Below are positions 1 through 9,389 of a DNA stretch of 64,000 nucleotides, in pieces. Every line of letters begins with the position of its first letter. The stretch's first letter is position 1. The stretch is taken from IMG/VR virus record IMGVR_UViG_3300011113_000805, positions 62,001-126,000 of that record, one strand, 5' to 3'. Position numbers and translations under genes: made by a program. The notes below the pieces were generated by a model. It was not told where the DNA came from, searched no databases, and saw only the letters and a program-made list of their open reading frames with translations.

Positions 1-157
1 CACCGGCAATAGAGTCAAGCCTCTCGCCCTCATGTGTCACACGCTCCTGAACTGAGACAAGACCTGATGAAACGGCATCGTAAATAATGCCAGGTGACCT
101 GGAGGCTCCTCGTGCCTTGCCAAATTCATAGAGAGCCGAGTTGAAGTACCTTCTCAT
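1..157 (-). CDS. LysM-domain baseplate wedge protein (T4 gp53-like), 3'-truncated by window edge
   Basis: Not in the ORF track. Manual translation from ATG at 157 gives MRRYFNSALYEFGKARGASRSPGIIYDAVSSGLVSVQERVTHEGERLDSIAG, open to position 1. GERLDxIA is the start of a LysM fold, and the gene follows the hub gene. Confidence 0.7.
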   Translation of the reverse strand, partial: MRRYFNSALYEFGKARGASRSPGIIYDAVSSGLVSVQERVTHEGERLDSIAG

Positions 158-160
158 AGT

Positions 161-3100
161 TTAGGACCTTTTGTTTATTGGTGATGGTGTCAATTGGCTT
201 GCAGCTTGCACATCTCGATCAAATGCATCAGGCATATGCCTCAAACGAGTAATTCCTCCAACTGGATATGCAACAGAACGAGATGTACCATCCGCTGCAA
301 GCCCCATTGGAATGTCGTGAATAGGCAGGAATGTGACAGACAGTGTTACCATATTTGGCGCGCGGCTTCCTCTTTCGACTGTCCATGGTGTATCTGTGCT
401 ACCATATTCAACACCGAGCTGACTGATAAATCCAGCAAGGCCTCGACCACCTGAGCCCTGCTCAAAGGACTTGACAATAGGGTTGTCGTTAGGATCTAGA
501 AATTTCTGCGTAGGAAATTCCGGAGTATTATTTGTCTCTGCAGGTGGAGCAATAACTTCATCAAGTGTATTGGCATAATTAATGCCAGGAAAGGCAATAA
601 TATCTTCACTTCCACAAATAATGTAAGGACGATCTTCTGATTCTCCTCTTCTTTGAACTTCAAGTGGGTGATCTAGTTTAACAACAAAGTAAGCTGTAGG
701 CTCCTGTGATATTCTTTCTCGAGTAGAGTAAGCAACAATTTTTCCTTCGAGTTCATTGTTAATTTTTTCACGATTGCCTCCCTCACGAGCAATTGCAGAG
801 GCAATATTTAAGTATGCTTTATACTTCCCAGGCTTTACCTTGCAATCTTGAGGCACTATTATCCTGGCAATATTTCCTACTATAACTGACAATAGGTCAT
901 TATCGACCTCAGAAGAGACAGGTGAGTTTAAGTTACCATCCTGTATCGATGCTATAGTTTCAAGTCCGGACCCTACAGAAACACTAGATGATCCTGTCTT
1001 TCCTGTAATGTCAGAAATATCAGTGTCAATACCTGGTTTCGGATTTTCAAGTGAGACACCTGCAAGTTTTGCGTCTTGCTGATCTAACCCAAAGAGCCTT
1101 CCTAGGGCAAATCGCGAGTAGTTGCTGTGAATGACATCACCGATTCTCACTCTGATGAGTGGTGAGGCCGCAACCGTTTGTGAAAAGGGCTGCGTGAACT
1201 TATTCTTGTCATCACTGACACTCTCGCCCTGGCTCCATTGTGGATAGAGCATATTCACCAACTTGTTAATGGAGTACCACATGTTGTCATGATCCTCAGG
1301 GCTTGTGGCAACAACAGTGAAACTGAAGCTGATAGATCTCGTCGTGTTCTTGTAAGTCTGAATGGGATCCATTCTACCAAATCCATCTGTCGCTGTATAG
1401 TTTGCAGTAAAGCTATCTGACAGCGCCGAGAGGAAGGCATGAAATGAAAGGATCTCATTAGTTCTGACATCATGAAAGTAGAAGGGCATATACTCAGCAT
1501 CTAGAAGGGTCTCGTGATATTCTCTAGTAGCAGGATCAATTCTGCCGGAATCGGCAAAGACTTTTCTTGCCCTAAGACGTCGAAGCGCAGTTGCACCTGA
1601 CTCCTTTCTATCATTGACATGATAATTTGCAAATGCTCTCAACGATTCTTTGGTGACCAACTCAGTCCTAGTATATCCTAAGGAGATGTGAGACCAAGAA
1701 AGTCTCCTGCTTCCCTCTACCTCACGTGAGCGTGAGACACGTGACTGTGCAACATCAAAATAATTGGTACCTAATCCTGCAGGTGCAGGTGTAGCGGCAC
1801 CAGGAACAGTAGTTGTCAATCTTTGATCAGGTTCAGTTGAGGCATCAGCTTCTCGTGCAACACCATTGATAATTCCAAGGCGGGCACAAGTGTCAATAAA
1901 CCTCACAAGTTTCATCTCTCTTATTGCATCAAATATTCCAAGTATGCTGGCTTCTATCTTTGATGAAAATCTCTCCGACATGTAGTAGAGATCACGGGCT
2001 ATCTCTCTAATCAAAACCAAGTAATAGCCAGGTGAAGTTCCAAAGTTGATTGCAACATTGACAGAAGATGCACCAAATGCACCAAGAAAACCGCCGACAC
2101 CACCGCCAACAAAGGCATCCGTGTTAATACCGATTATTGAAAGAGCACCCTCCAGTGCCGCAAGGAAGTATGATATAACTGGAAGTCCCTCATAAGGCTG
2201 CATAACACCTATGACTTTTGCAACAAGGTTTCCAACAACCGCATAGACATCAAGAAAACCACTGTCAGAGTCCGAATTAAAGAGAAACTTTCCAAAAGCT
2301 GGCCCCCTTTCGGATCCAAGCGGTAAAGATGAAGTTTGTGGATTAGGTCTAGGTAGCTTATTGACAATAATAGAAATAATCAGTGAGACCAGAGATACAC
2401 CTACAAAGAGGGCACCGTATGCTAGCAAAGCAAGCGGCACTGCATTAAGTGTTCCTTTACCTGAGAATTGTTGCAGGAAGCTATTTAACTGACCGAATGA
2501 CCGGTCATTATACTGCACAGACTGTGTCTCGGCAGTATCGCCAGGCTGATCTTGGCCAAACTTGCCATCGTAAATTGTGTCAGTGCTAGGATTGTCCAGT
2601 CCATCGAGGCCACCACCTGGGGCTATAAATTTCTCTCTGTCGGCGCCTACCCGAAGCGCCACAGCCCCGGCAACCTTTGCCTCACCCTCATCGATCCCAC
2701 GAAAGGGCAATAAGAGAGAAGAGGCCTTAAATCCTATCCTATCAGTCGTTGTTTTAAGATCTCCTGCGCTATTGAGGCCTTCGATAGAGCTACCTGGCCC
2801 TGCAGATCCTCCGGCCGCTCGTAGCATTGTCTCAATGGCTCGCTGACGCATCTCTTCAAAGACACTGCCATCATTGGGGCCAGGCGTTCTTCCTGTAGGA
2901 CTTCGGGGTGCAGCATTTCGATAGCTCCTTGAAGTGAATTTGTCACCTGATGTGAAACGATTCTGCGAGAGGACTGATGCCTGAACAATTTCACGAGTCG
3001 CAGGATCGATATTTACTTCATTGCCATTAGGTGCAGACGAATTCTCACGGGCTGAGGGTTGGATGGAGACAGCAGATCTCAGAGTTGGATTTCCCGATAG

Positions 3101-3391
3101 CCGTTCCAAGTCTTCACCACTTGCAAACTGTCCTGGCAGTCGGGTCTCGGCACCAGCCCCTGTCTCGCTGTATCCAGGCTCTATCGGATAGCTGTTAGGA
3201 CGAGGAGGCATATAGGTATAATCACCTGCACCCTGTAGTGGTGGTGTATATGTCTCGGAGCCACCCCGGGTTCGACGAGAGAGATAGTCTGAGAGCTTTC
3301 TCTTTGACGCGATACGAATATCTTTGCCAGGCTCATCGAGAATGAACTCAGGCGGACCTATGCCGCGCTTTCCCTCGTCATTACCAGACAT
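161..3391 (-). CDS. Large baseplate hub / tail-tube-initiator-like protein with N-terminal low-complexity and hydrophobic regions
   Basis: 1076 aa. The C-terminal half has YMPFYFHD...FHAFLSALSDSFTANY...FGRMDPIQTYKNTTRSISFSF, resembling tube-fold initiator (gp48/gp54-like) domains. It lies between the tape measure and LysM genes. Confidence 0.55.
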   Translation of the reverse strand: MSGNDEGKRGIGPPEFILDEPGKDIRIASKRKLSDYLSRRTRGGSETYTPPLQGAGDYTYMPPRPNSYPIEPGYSETGAGAETRLPGQFASGEDLERLSGNPTLRSAVSIQPSARENSSAPNGNEVNIDPATREIVQASVLSQNRFTSGDKFTSRSYRNAAPRSPTGRTPGPNDGSVFEEMRQRAIETMLRAAGGSAGPGSSIEGLNSAGDLKTTTDRIGFKASSLLLPFRGIDEGEAKVAGAVALRVGADREKFIAPGGGLDGLDNPSTDTIYDGKFGQDQPGDTAETQSVQYNDRSFGQLNSFLQQFSGKGTLNAVPLALLAYGALFVGVSLVSLIISIIVNKLPRPNPQTSSLPLGSERGPAFGKFLFNSDSDSGFLDVYAVVGNLVAKVIGVMQPYEGLPVISYFLAALEGALSIIGINTDAFVGGGVGGFLGAFGASSVNVAINFGTSPGYYLVLIREIARDLYYMSERFSSKIEASILGIFDAIREMKLVRFIDTCARLGIINGVAREADASTEPDQRLTTTVPGAATPAPAGLGTNYFDVAQSRVSRSREVEGSRRLSWSHISLGYTRTELVTKESLRAFANYHVNDRKESGATALRRLRARKVFADSGRIDPATREYHETLLDAEYMPFYFHDVRTNEILSFHAFLSALSDSFTANYTATDGFGRMDPIQTYKNTTRSISFSFTVVATSPEDHDNMWYSINKLVNMLYPQWSQGESVSDDKNKFTQPFSQTVAASPLIRVRIGDVIHSNYSRFALGRLFGLDQQDAKLAGVSLENPKPGIDTDISDITGKTGSSSVSVGSGLETIASIQDGNLNSPVSSEVDNDLLSVIVGNIARIIVPQDCKVKPGKYKAYLNIASAIAREGGNREKINNELEGKIVAYSTRERISQEPTAYFVVKLDHPLEVQRRGESEDRPYIICGSEDIIAFPGINYANTLDEVIAPPAETNNTPEFPTQKFLDPNDNPIVKSFEQGSGGRGLAGFISQLGVEYGSTDTPWTVERGSRAPNMVTLSVTFLPIHDIPMGLAADGTSRSVAYPVGGITRLRHMPDAFDRDVQAASQLTPSPINKRS

Positions 3392-3621
3392 TATGCTCTC
3401 CTGCCTGTTCTGTCCTTGATGGCTGCCTCAATCTCCTCCAAGGTGATCTGACTCTCTGCTGTGTTAAGTGAGAAGCCATGAAGAGCCCGACCGGCGGCTC
3501 GAATAAACTCACCTATGACTGCCTCAGTCTCGGTCCTCTCCTCAGGCTTAAGCTTCTCAGACAACGCTCGCCAGACAGGATCATTCTGGAGTTCGGTTTT
3601 GATTCTCTTTTCGTAGTCCAT
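3391..3621 (-). CDS. Hypothetical protein (76 aa)
   Basis: SD CAGGAG before ATG; the stop overlaps the next start (TAATG). Confidence 0.7.
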   Translation of the reverse strand: MDYEKRIKTELQNDPVWRALSEKLKPEERTETEAVIGEFIRAAGRALHGFSLNTAESQITLEEIEAAIKDRTGRRA

Positions 3622-3633
3622 TTTTTCTCCTGT

Positions 3634-6600
3634 TTATCTTGGCCGTTCTAAAGAATCTATTTCTTGGTTATTAGCCAATGCATTAACAAGACTACCTACT
3701 GACATGTTATTTTGATTCACTAGTTTTCCTGTGGTTGTCAGAACGGTTTTTGTAAATTCTTCAGCATCAATCGTCAGGTTCATTATCATGTGAATATTGA
3801 TAGGTTTGTTCTCGATTCCAACTTCCTTTGATGTTATCATTTTTTTCGCAAAATCCTCAACTACAACATCAATGGGTTTGAGATGTATATCATTAAGCAT
3901 CTCATTAAGTTCGTACATTGCATCAATTGCGCCACTTATTGAGTCTTTAATCGATTCAGTATATGCCGTGGAATAAGCCTCAGTCTTGCTTCCAATCATT
4001 CCCATTGCTACTGCAATGTCATCGGCCTTGCCCATGAATGCCAGCAAGTTATTTGCACCTTTAAGATTGACGCCTGAACCAAAATACTTATTAGTTACAT
4101 CTGCAAAGCCTAACATGTGTGGCACAATATTGCTGAGGTTTGACACAATAAGTGGGATCTGGACACTTGCGACTGTAATTTTCTCTCTCATCTCAGGCGT
4201 GCCTATTCCAATGATAGAGTTTGTTATTGAGTTTATTGTTTCAACGATACCCTTGAGTAAATCAAGGTTTCCTCTTGCATCCTTGCCAAGTTTTATTCCA
4301 CTGGCAAGGCTAATCATGCTGTCAATAAGCTTCTTAAGAACACCGTCTGGTTTTGCAAGGTCTACCATAAAGTCAGAATTAACTTTAAGCAGATCCTTGA
4401 ATGCTGCCATTCTTGCATGCATTTCTGTTGGATTTGCACCGCTTGTTGAAATAGTAGCTGCAGTCTGACTCAGGCTGCTCGCAAGAGAACTTACAAGAGA
4501 GCTTAGCGTTTCAATAATTCGGATCGCAGTATCAGCTTTTTTAAGCTGATCTTCAGGTATATCTTTCACAATTTCAATAATCGCATAAACAAATTTTGAG
4601 GCGGTGTCGGTTATATTAAGCATGAACATGTGCAAAGATGTAAGAACACCTGATAGGTTGGTACCAGTTGCGCCAGCCATTCTACTAAAAAATCCTGGGT
4701 CTTTGGTAAGCTCAACGGCTGCAGATAGTGGCTGCATCATTGAGGCTATAGCTTCAATAATTTTGACCGCTATCTCACCTTTAGACTTAAGTTCTTCAAT
4801 ATTAACACCTGACACTGCTGCAAGTATGCTTTTTATGAACTGAGGGATCTTGTCATTGATCATATCCATGAATTTCTGCATGACTTCTAATCCCTTTTCT
4901 ATCAGGGTGTTAGCAAAGGGACTCAATGACGTAAGACCAAGCATTAAGGAACCAGTAGCTATAGTTCCTACGGCAAGCATAATTCCTGCAAATGTTCCAA
5001 AGAAGAATGCCAGCTTTTCAGCATCAAACGGAATTTTGTTTATTGATTCAACTATTTCCGAAAGGTATGTGACTATTGTTGGTATTGCTTCGGATATGGC
5101 AGCAAGAATAAGATCCATGAGTTTCATTCCGACTATTGCTAAGACAAACCCTGAACCCATCATTGCTGTTGTCGCAATTGAAGCGGCAACAAACGCAGCA
5201 ACCGATGCCTGGATTGTTGCCAAAGCAGCCATTCCTACAGCAGCTAGCATCATAATTCCTGCAAATTTTGCGACAGACGTGAATGCGGTTGTCATTAAAT
5301 TGGTAAAGGCATCAACTTCAGGAGGTTTCATGCCTAAACCATTAACCAAACCCACCAAGGCAACAAACCCTACCATGAAAAGTCCTATAGCGACTAACAT
5401 AGCAGCTGCCGCGGCAAGGCCGACTTCCAATGCTCCGGTGGCGGCTCCACCGGCGGCGGCGGCACCTAATGCAATGGCAGATATTGTTGCGACCAATGTT
5501 GCAGCCATTGCAGCCGCAGCAACATTCATCATTGAATCTATCTCAGTCGGAGTAACTCCTGATTTTTTAATCAGATATGCAATTCCTACTAATCCTGCCA
5601 TGAAGCCCAACATGGCAACTAGTATACCGGCAGCAACAGCAAATAGTGTTCCGGCTGCTTTTGAAACTTTACTCATGTCCAGTTTATTGACTGCTTCAAC
5701 CAAGCCGCCAATGCCTTCCACGGCATCAGTTATTACACTAGTTGCAGGTGTTTCTGCGGTAGATCCGATTGCCTTGAGCATAATGTTCTCGAGTCCTTTG
5801 ACAAATAATCCCCAAGCTGCACTGGCGGCAAGCTTAATGATTGAAGTTGTCAATGCAAGACCAAGCTGTGTAGCAAGAATGACAGAGTATGCAGTAATAA
5901 GGTATGGACCAAACTTGACTGCAGCCGTCAATATGAGATCTCCAAGCGCCTTTAATACTCCTGGGAGAGCTTTTTTCATCGCCGCCAGAATAGGAGCAAA
6001 GATCTTGGAGGCAAACCCCCCAGCATTTGGCACATAGGTTGATGGATTGCTTAGGAAGCTTGCGATATCTTTAAGGCCTGTCTCTAACAATAATCCCATC
6101 TTTTCAATCAGGCCAGCAATGATTAAAGAGACAGTTTCAACAAACTCAACGAGACCATCCTTCATCATTGTGGCGCCGGCGCCACCCTTAAATGCCCCGG
6201 AAAGGTTATCGATAAGATCATTTACTGCTTTTCCTGGATTCGTTTTTAGATCAGCAAAGAATTGTTGAAAAGTTTTTCTGAGTTCCTTAACAATATTTCC
6301 TATGCCATCTTTTCCGGAAAGCACCTTGTGTAGGCCATCAAACATTTTTCCAACACCAGGAAATGCCTCGACAAATACCTTACCAACTTCTCTACCTAGC
6401 TGTCTCATGCCACGCAGGAGAGATGCAAGGTCATAAAGAACTGCTCTGCCTTTTTGAGAACGTGATAATCCCTCAGCAAAACCTGTAAAGAAGTTTGTTA
6501 TAAAGCCTCCACTATAGTTGAGTGCTTCAACCATTTGCTTGATGGCGTTTCCTAAATCCTCAAACATCTCCTGCTGTGATTTTTGCTTTTTTGCTGATAT

Positions 6601-7926
6601 TTCAGCATCTTTGGAAAGCTCCTGATATGACTTGCCAGCATTCTTGGCTGATAGGGCCTGCTCTACAATGGCCTCGTCAAGTCCGGCTGTCTGTGCCAGG
6701 AGCTGCTTCTCCTGACGGGTCATCATGTCTATAGATTTGCCGGTTGTAGCAAACGAAGTCCTCAGCATCTCAAGGCGCTTACCTGGGTCCTGTTCCTTCA
6801 TCATTTGCAATGCATCAACATTCATTCCAAATGCCTGCGCAAGCTTTGATGCATTGGTCGCAGCAGTCTCAAAGTCATCGAATGCTGCGACAAGACCTTC
6901 AATCTGTTTTACTTCGAGCCCCAATTTCTTTACATAGACTACGGTTGCTGCAACCTGTGCGGCTGAAAGTTTTCCATACTTTGCCGTGCTTTGAAGCATG
7001 TAAGCCATGTCACGGGCAATCACCTTGGAACTCATTCCAAATTTTGCCGACATGTCTTTTGCAATCTTTTCCAAGTCGCTTACTAGCGATGTTGCAGACT
7101 TCCCAGCCAATCTTGATGCAATGACGAGGCCTTTCATGTCTTCGCCGGTAAGGCCCAAGCCCATTTGTGCAATGACTAGTGTGCCGGCAAGATTTTTGTA
7201 GTCATCATCAAGCATATTGACAGCATCACCCAATGCCACCGCCATTTCACGTGATGCATCGATTGCGGCAGCGACACCTCCTGGTCCTACACCAAAGAAA
7301 CGTGAAAATGATTTTCCTGTTGCTGCTGCGGCTGTCTTAATTGAGCCTAAACCATCAACTACCTGTTTTCCAAATCCTTCACTGATATCACCAAACTGCT
7401 CTCTGACTCTTTCCATTGCGTCAAAGACTTCGGTATTTGCTGCAAGTTCTGCAGCCTTTTCTGTAAGAATATCGAATATTTTGAAAGGAATGCCTATTAT
7501 TGCAATTGCAAGATTAGAGACAAATTTTCCTGCTGCAATGAGACCTTCATTAAATGCCGCTATACCGGCCAGGCCCTTTGAAAAGATACCTTTTATCCCA
7601 CTTCCTAAAGACTTAAACGCCCTGTCTATGTCAATTGTAGCTTTTTTTGTTTTGTCAGCCTCTTTATTGGCATCTTTAAGACCGCCAAGCAAGGCATTAG
7701 TTGTTTCACCGGCAGTCTTGCCTACGGAGTCTAAAGACCTCCTCATCTCTTCAAGTCTTTCGACTGTTCTATCAACTTCCTCACACTTGAGGGCCTTACA
7801 AAGTTGTAAGGCCAACTCAACTTGGTCAGCGATCCTGGAGGCTTGTGTGTCCAACATCCTAGACCTTTCTACAAGGACTGTATTGATCTGTTGCTGTATT
7901 CTCAGGTTCTCAGCGTCAGTTGTCAT
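3634..7926 (-). CDS. Tail tape measure protein
   Basis: 1430 aa, Ala/Gly/Leu-rich and helical, with central hydrophobic segments. It lies downstream of the tube and chaperone genes. Confidence 0.85.
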   Translation of the reverse strand: MTTDAENLRIQQQINTVLVERSRMLDTQASRIADQVELALQLCKALKCEEVDRTVERLEEMRRSLDSVGKTAGETTNALLGGLKDANKEADKTKKATIDIDRAFKSLGSGIKGIFSKGLAGIAAFNEGLIAAGKFVSNLAIAIIGIPFKIFDILTEKAAELAANTEVFDAMERVREQFGDISEGFGKQVVDGLGSIKTAAAATGKSFSRFFGVGPGGVAAAIDASREMAVALGDAVNMLDDDYKNLAGTLVIAQMGLGLTGEDMKGLVIASRLAGKSATSLVSDLEKIAKDMSAKFGMSSKVIARDMAYMLQSTAKYGKLSAAQVAATVVYVKKLGLEVKQIEGLVAAFDDFETAATNASKLAQAFGMNVDALQMMKEQDPGKRLEMLRTSFATTGKSIDMMTRQEKQLLAQTAGLDEAIVEQALSAKNAGKSYQELSKDAEISAKKQKSQQEMFEDLGNAIKQMVEALNYSGGFITNFFTGFAEGLSRSQKGRAVLYDLASLLRGMRQLGREVGKVFVEAFPGVGKMFDGLHKVLSGKDGIGNIVKELRKTFQQFFADLKTNPGKAVNDLIDNLSGAFKGGAGATMMKDGLVEFVETVSLIIAGLIEKMGLLLETGLKDIASFLSNPSTYVPNAGGFASKIFAPILAAMKKALPGVLKALGDLILTAAVKFGPYLITAYSVILATQLGLALTTSIIKLAASAAWGLFVKGLENIMLKAIGSTAETPATSVITDAVEGIGGLVEAVNKLDMSKVSKAAGTLFAVAAGILVAMLGFMAGLVGIAYLIKKSGVTPTEIDSMMNVAAAAMAATLVATISAIALGAAAAGGAATGALEVGLAAAAAMLVAIGLFMVGFVALVGLVNGLGMKPPEVDAFTNLMTTAFTSVAKFAGIMMLAAVGMAALATIQASVAAFVAASIATTAMMGSGFVLAIVGMKLMDLILAAISEAIPTIVTYLSEIVESINKIPFDAEKLAFFFGTFAGIMLAVGTIATGSLMLGLTSLSPFANTLIEKGLEVMQKFMDMINDKIPQFIKSILAAVSGVNIEELKSKGEIAVKIIEAIASMMQPLSAAVELTKDPGFFSRMAGATGTNLSGVLTSLHMFMLNITDTASKFVYAIIEIVKDIPEDQLKKADTAIRIIETLSSLVSSLASSLSQTAATISTSGANPTEMHARMAAFKDLLKVNSDFMVDLAKPDGVLKKLIDSMISLASGIKLGKDARGNLDLLKGIVETINSITNSIIGIGTPEMREKITVASVQIPLIVSNLSNIVPHMLGFADVTNKYFGSGVNLKGANNLLAFMGKADDIAVAMGMIGSKTEAYSTAYTESIKDSISGAIDAMYELNEMLNDIHLKPIDVVVEDFAKKMITSKEVGIENKPINIHMIMNLTIDAEEFTKTVLTTTGKLVNQNNMSVGSLVNALANNQEIDSLERPR

Positions 7927-7944
7927 ACAAAACCCTCACAGGTC

Positions 7945-7952
7945 TATTTATA
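7945..7952 (-). promoter_or_regulatory. Late promoter-like motif TATAAATA
   Basis: Exact T4 late promoter consensus, 18 nt before the tape measure ATG. Confidence 0.6.
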
Positions 7953-7967
7953 AAGTTGGGCAAGTAC

Positions 7968-8207
7968 TTAAATGTCCCAGTCTTCGCCTGTAAGGTCTTT
8001 CCACCTTTTTGCTGCCACCTGGCGTCTCTCCATCGCCTCCCTGACTCTCTCGGGTTTCGATGACTGACGAAGAGTGTGAAGAAGTGACCGACAAGACTCA
8101 ACGGCCTCCCAAAGCGTTGCAATGAGCCTGGGAGGGCCTGAGATCTCAAGGGTCTTTCTCTTACCGATAACATACTCGAGGATTGATTTTTTAAGTGTAG
8201 GTTCCAT
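7968..8207 (-). CDS. Hypothetical protein (79 aa), possibly leaderless
   Basis: Fills the gap between chaperone and tape measure genes. There is no SD, but a promoter-like motif ends 6 nt before the ATG. Confidence 0.65.
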   Translation of the reverse strand: MEPTLKKSILEYVIGKRKTLEISGPPRLIATLWEAVESCRSLLHTLRQSSKPERVREAMERRQVAAKRWKDLTGEDWDI

Positions 8208-8213
8208 AGGAGA

Positions 8214-8221
8214 TATCTATT
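8214..8221 (-). promoter_or_regulatory. Late promoter-like motif AATAGATA
   Basis: Matches the nATA[ACG][AC]TA motif recurring upstream of structural genes. Confidence 0.5.
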
Positions 8222-8232
8222 CACTAACTTGA

Positions 8233-8496
8233 CTAAGTGAAACGCCTCAGTCTAGAGGGAACTTGTTCTCTTCCCCTTCCCTGCATTGCCCTAACATCAG
8301 GCGTGTTATGATGAAGTGCCCTGGAGTTGGGGTCTCCTCTCTCATTGGTCTTCTTGATTTCCTCGTTGATTCTTCTGATAAACCAGATTCGATAACTCAC
8401 CGGGATATTGTAAGTCTCCCAGTAAGAGAAACCCATATAGTACATCAGAAGGAAAGACTGCTCAAGAAAGATCTCTTTATCGCCCGGCGTCAGGCC
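8233..8496 (-). CDS. C-terminal extension of tail assembly chaperone (T4 gp51-like / lambda gpT analogue), probably reached by frameshift
   Basis: The frame of the 70-aa ORF is open upstream as GLTPGDKEIFLEQSFLL-MYYMGFSYWETYNIPVSYRIWFIRRI and overlaps the end of the upstream gene. It has no in-frame ATG/GTG/TTG before 8445. Confidence 0.6.
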   Translation of the reverse strand, partial: GLTPGDKEIFLEQSFLLMYYMGFSYWETYNIPVSYRIWFIRRINEEIKKTNERGDPNSRALHHNTPDVRAMQGRGREQVPSRLRRFT

Positions 8497-9325
8497 AAAA
8501 GAATGTTGCTCCCAACGGGATGCGCACCTCCGACATCTCCGAGCAAGCGGGACAGTCCATATGCGACTTCATGTCAATTCCAGGTTCAGCCTGATCAATT
8601 GTTTGCCTGAGAAAGAGAGAGTCTCTAGCCGGAAGAGACCTGATAAATGACCCAATAAGGGCCTTGTCACTCTTTCCTTCAACCTCAACAATTGAGAACT
8701 GGAGGCGGGTTGTTACCAAGTTGTCAGCCATACCACCGGCTTTCTTCTTTCTTTCAGAGATGAGCATAATCTCCTCTTCATCGGCACCAGTGAGAAACTT
8801 AAACTTTACTCTCTTCTTGGTGATAGGTAGCGTCACCTCAAAGAGGTTGGCACCAAACTGCACAGGTTGCAACTCCAAAGGCTTGATTTCAAGCTCCGAT
8901 AGGTTGAAAGTCTGCTTCGACTTTGTGCTACATGCAGGACATTCAACCTCTACATTATAGTCGGCCCCGTAACCGGTAATACGAAGTGCGACCATCAATG
9001 CATTACGGTCACCTGACAACATCTTTGTAACATCAATTCTCTTATCTACCAGACAGCTCTTGATGAGTTCGGTGATGACAGTGCCCTTCTTGATGAGTGC
9101 CTTTGAGGTAAGAATGTCCTCCTCACGAGCAGTCATTGCCCTAACATCAACTGTCTCACAGCCGTGCAATGGAGAGTCCGATGGATATGTCAAGCCCCTC
9201 GATGGAAGTGGCACAGCTTCCACTGGAATTTCGAAACCAAAATCATCCTTCATCACATCTCGAACAGGAACACCTGGGCCGGCCCCACCCGTAAATACAC
9301 CGTTACGCTCATTTCTTTCAGACAA
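8477..9325 (-). CDS. Tail/baseplate assembly chaperone (T4 gp26-like)
   Basis: 282 aa, TTG start. Motifs: VPLPSRG, MTAREEDILTS, GDRNALMVALRITGYG, two CPAC zinc knuckles, C-terminal FFWP. It lies between the tube and tape measure genes. Confidence 0.8.
   Translation of the reverse strand: MSERNERNGVFTGGAGPGVPVRDVMKDDFGFEIPVEAVPLPSRGLTYPSDSPLHGCETVDVRAMTAREEDILTSKALIKKGTVITELIKSCLVDKRIDVTKMLSGDRNALMVALRITGYGADYNVEVECPACSTKSKQTFNLSELEIKPLELQPVQFGANLFEVTLPITKKRVKFKFLTGADEEEIMLISERKKKAGGMADNLVTTRLQFSIVEVEGKSDKALIGSFIRSLPARDSLFLRQTIDQAEPGIDMKSHMDCPACSEMSEVRIPLGATFFWPDAGR
8495..8503 (-). promoter_or_regulatory. Putative +1 ribosomal slippery site TTC-TTT-TGG
   Basis: A UUU to UUU re-pairing moves translation from FF-WP into the FF-GL frame. 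Confidence 0.55.
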
Positions 9326-9364
9326 GATTGCCTCCGATAGCTTTGTAGATTATCGGAGGCAATC
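9326..9364 (-). promoter_or_regulatory. 14-bp perfect hairpin containing the chaperone gene's SD
   Basis: GATTGCCTCCGATA-(11 nt)-TATCGGAGGCAATC lies immediately before the TTG start, with GGAGG in the 3' arm. Confidence 0.7.
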
Positions 9365-9389
9365 GATGAATGTTAAATGCTATCGTGAA

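Noticed and set aside
4850-6037. 395-aa plus-strand ORF (also 3986-4468 and 7217-7993)
   Set aside because: Fully antisense to the tape measure gene. The Ala/Ile/Pro-rich translation is the expected shadow of its codons; there is no SD or motif.
7916-8224. 102-aa same-strand ORF overlapping 7968-8207
   Set aside because: It overlaps both the 79-aa gene and the tape measure start. The 79-aa frame fits the gap and the promoter spacing better.
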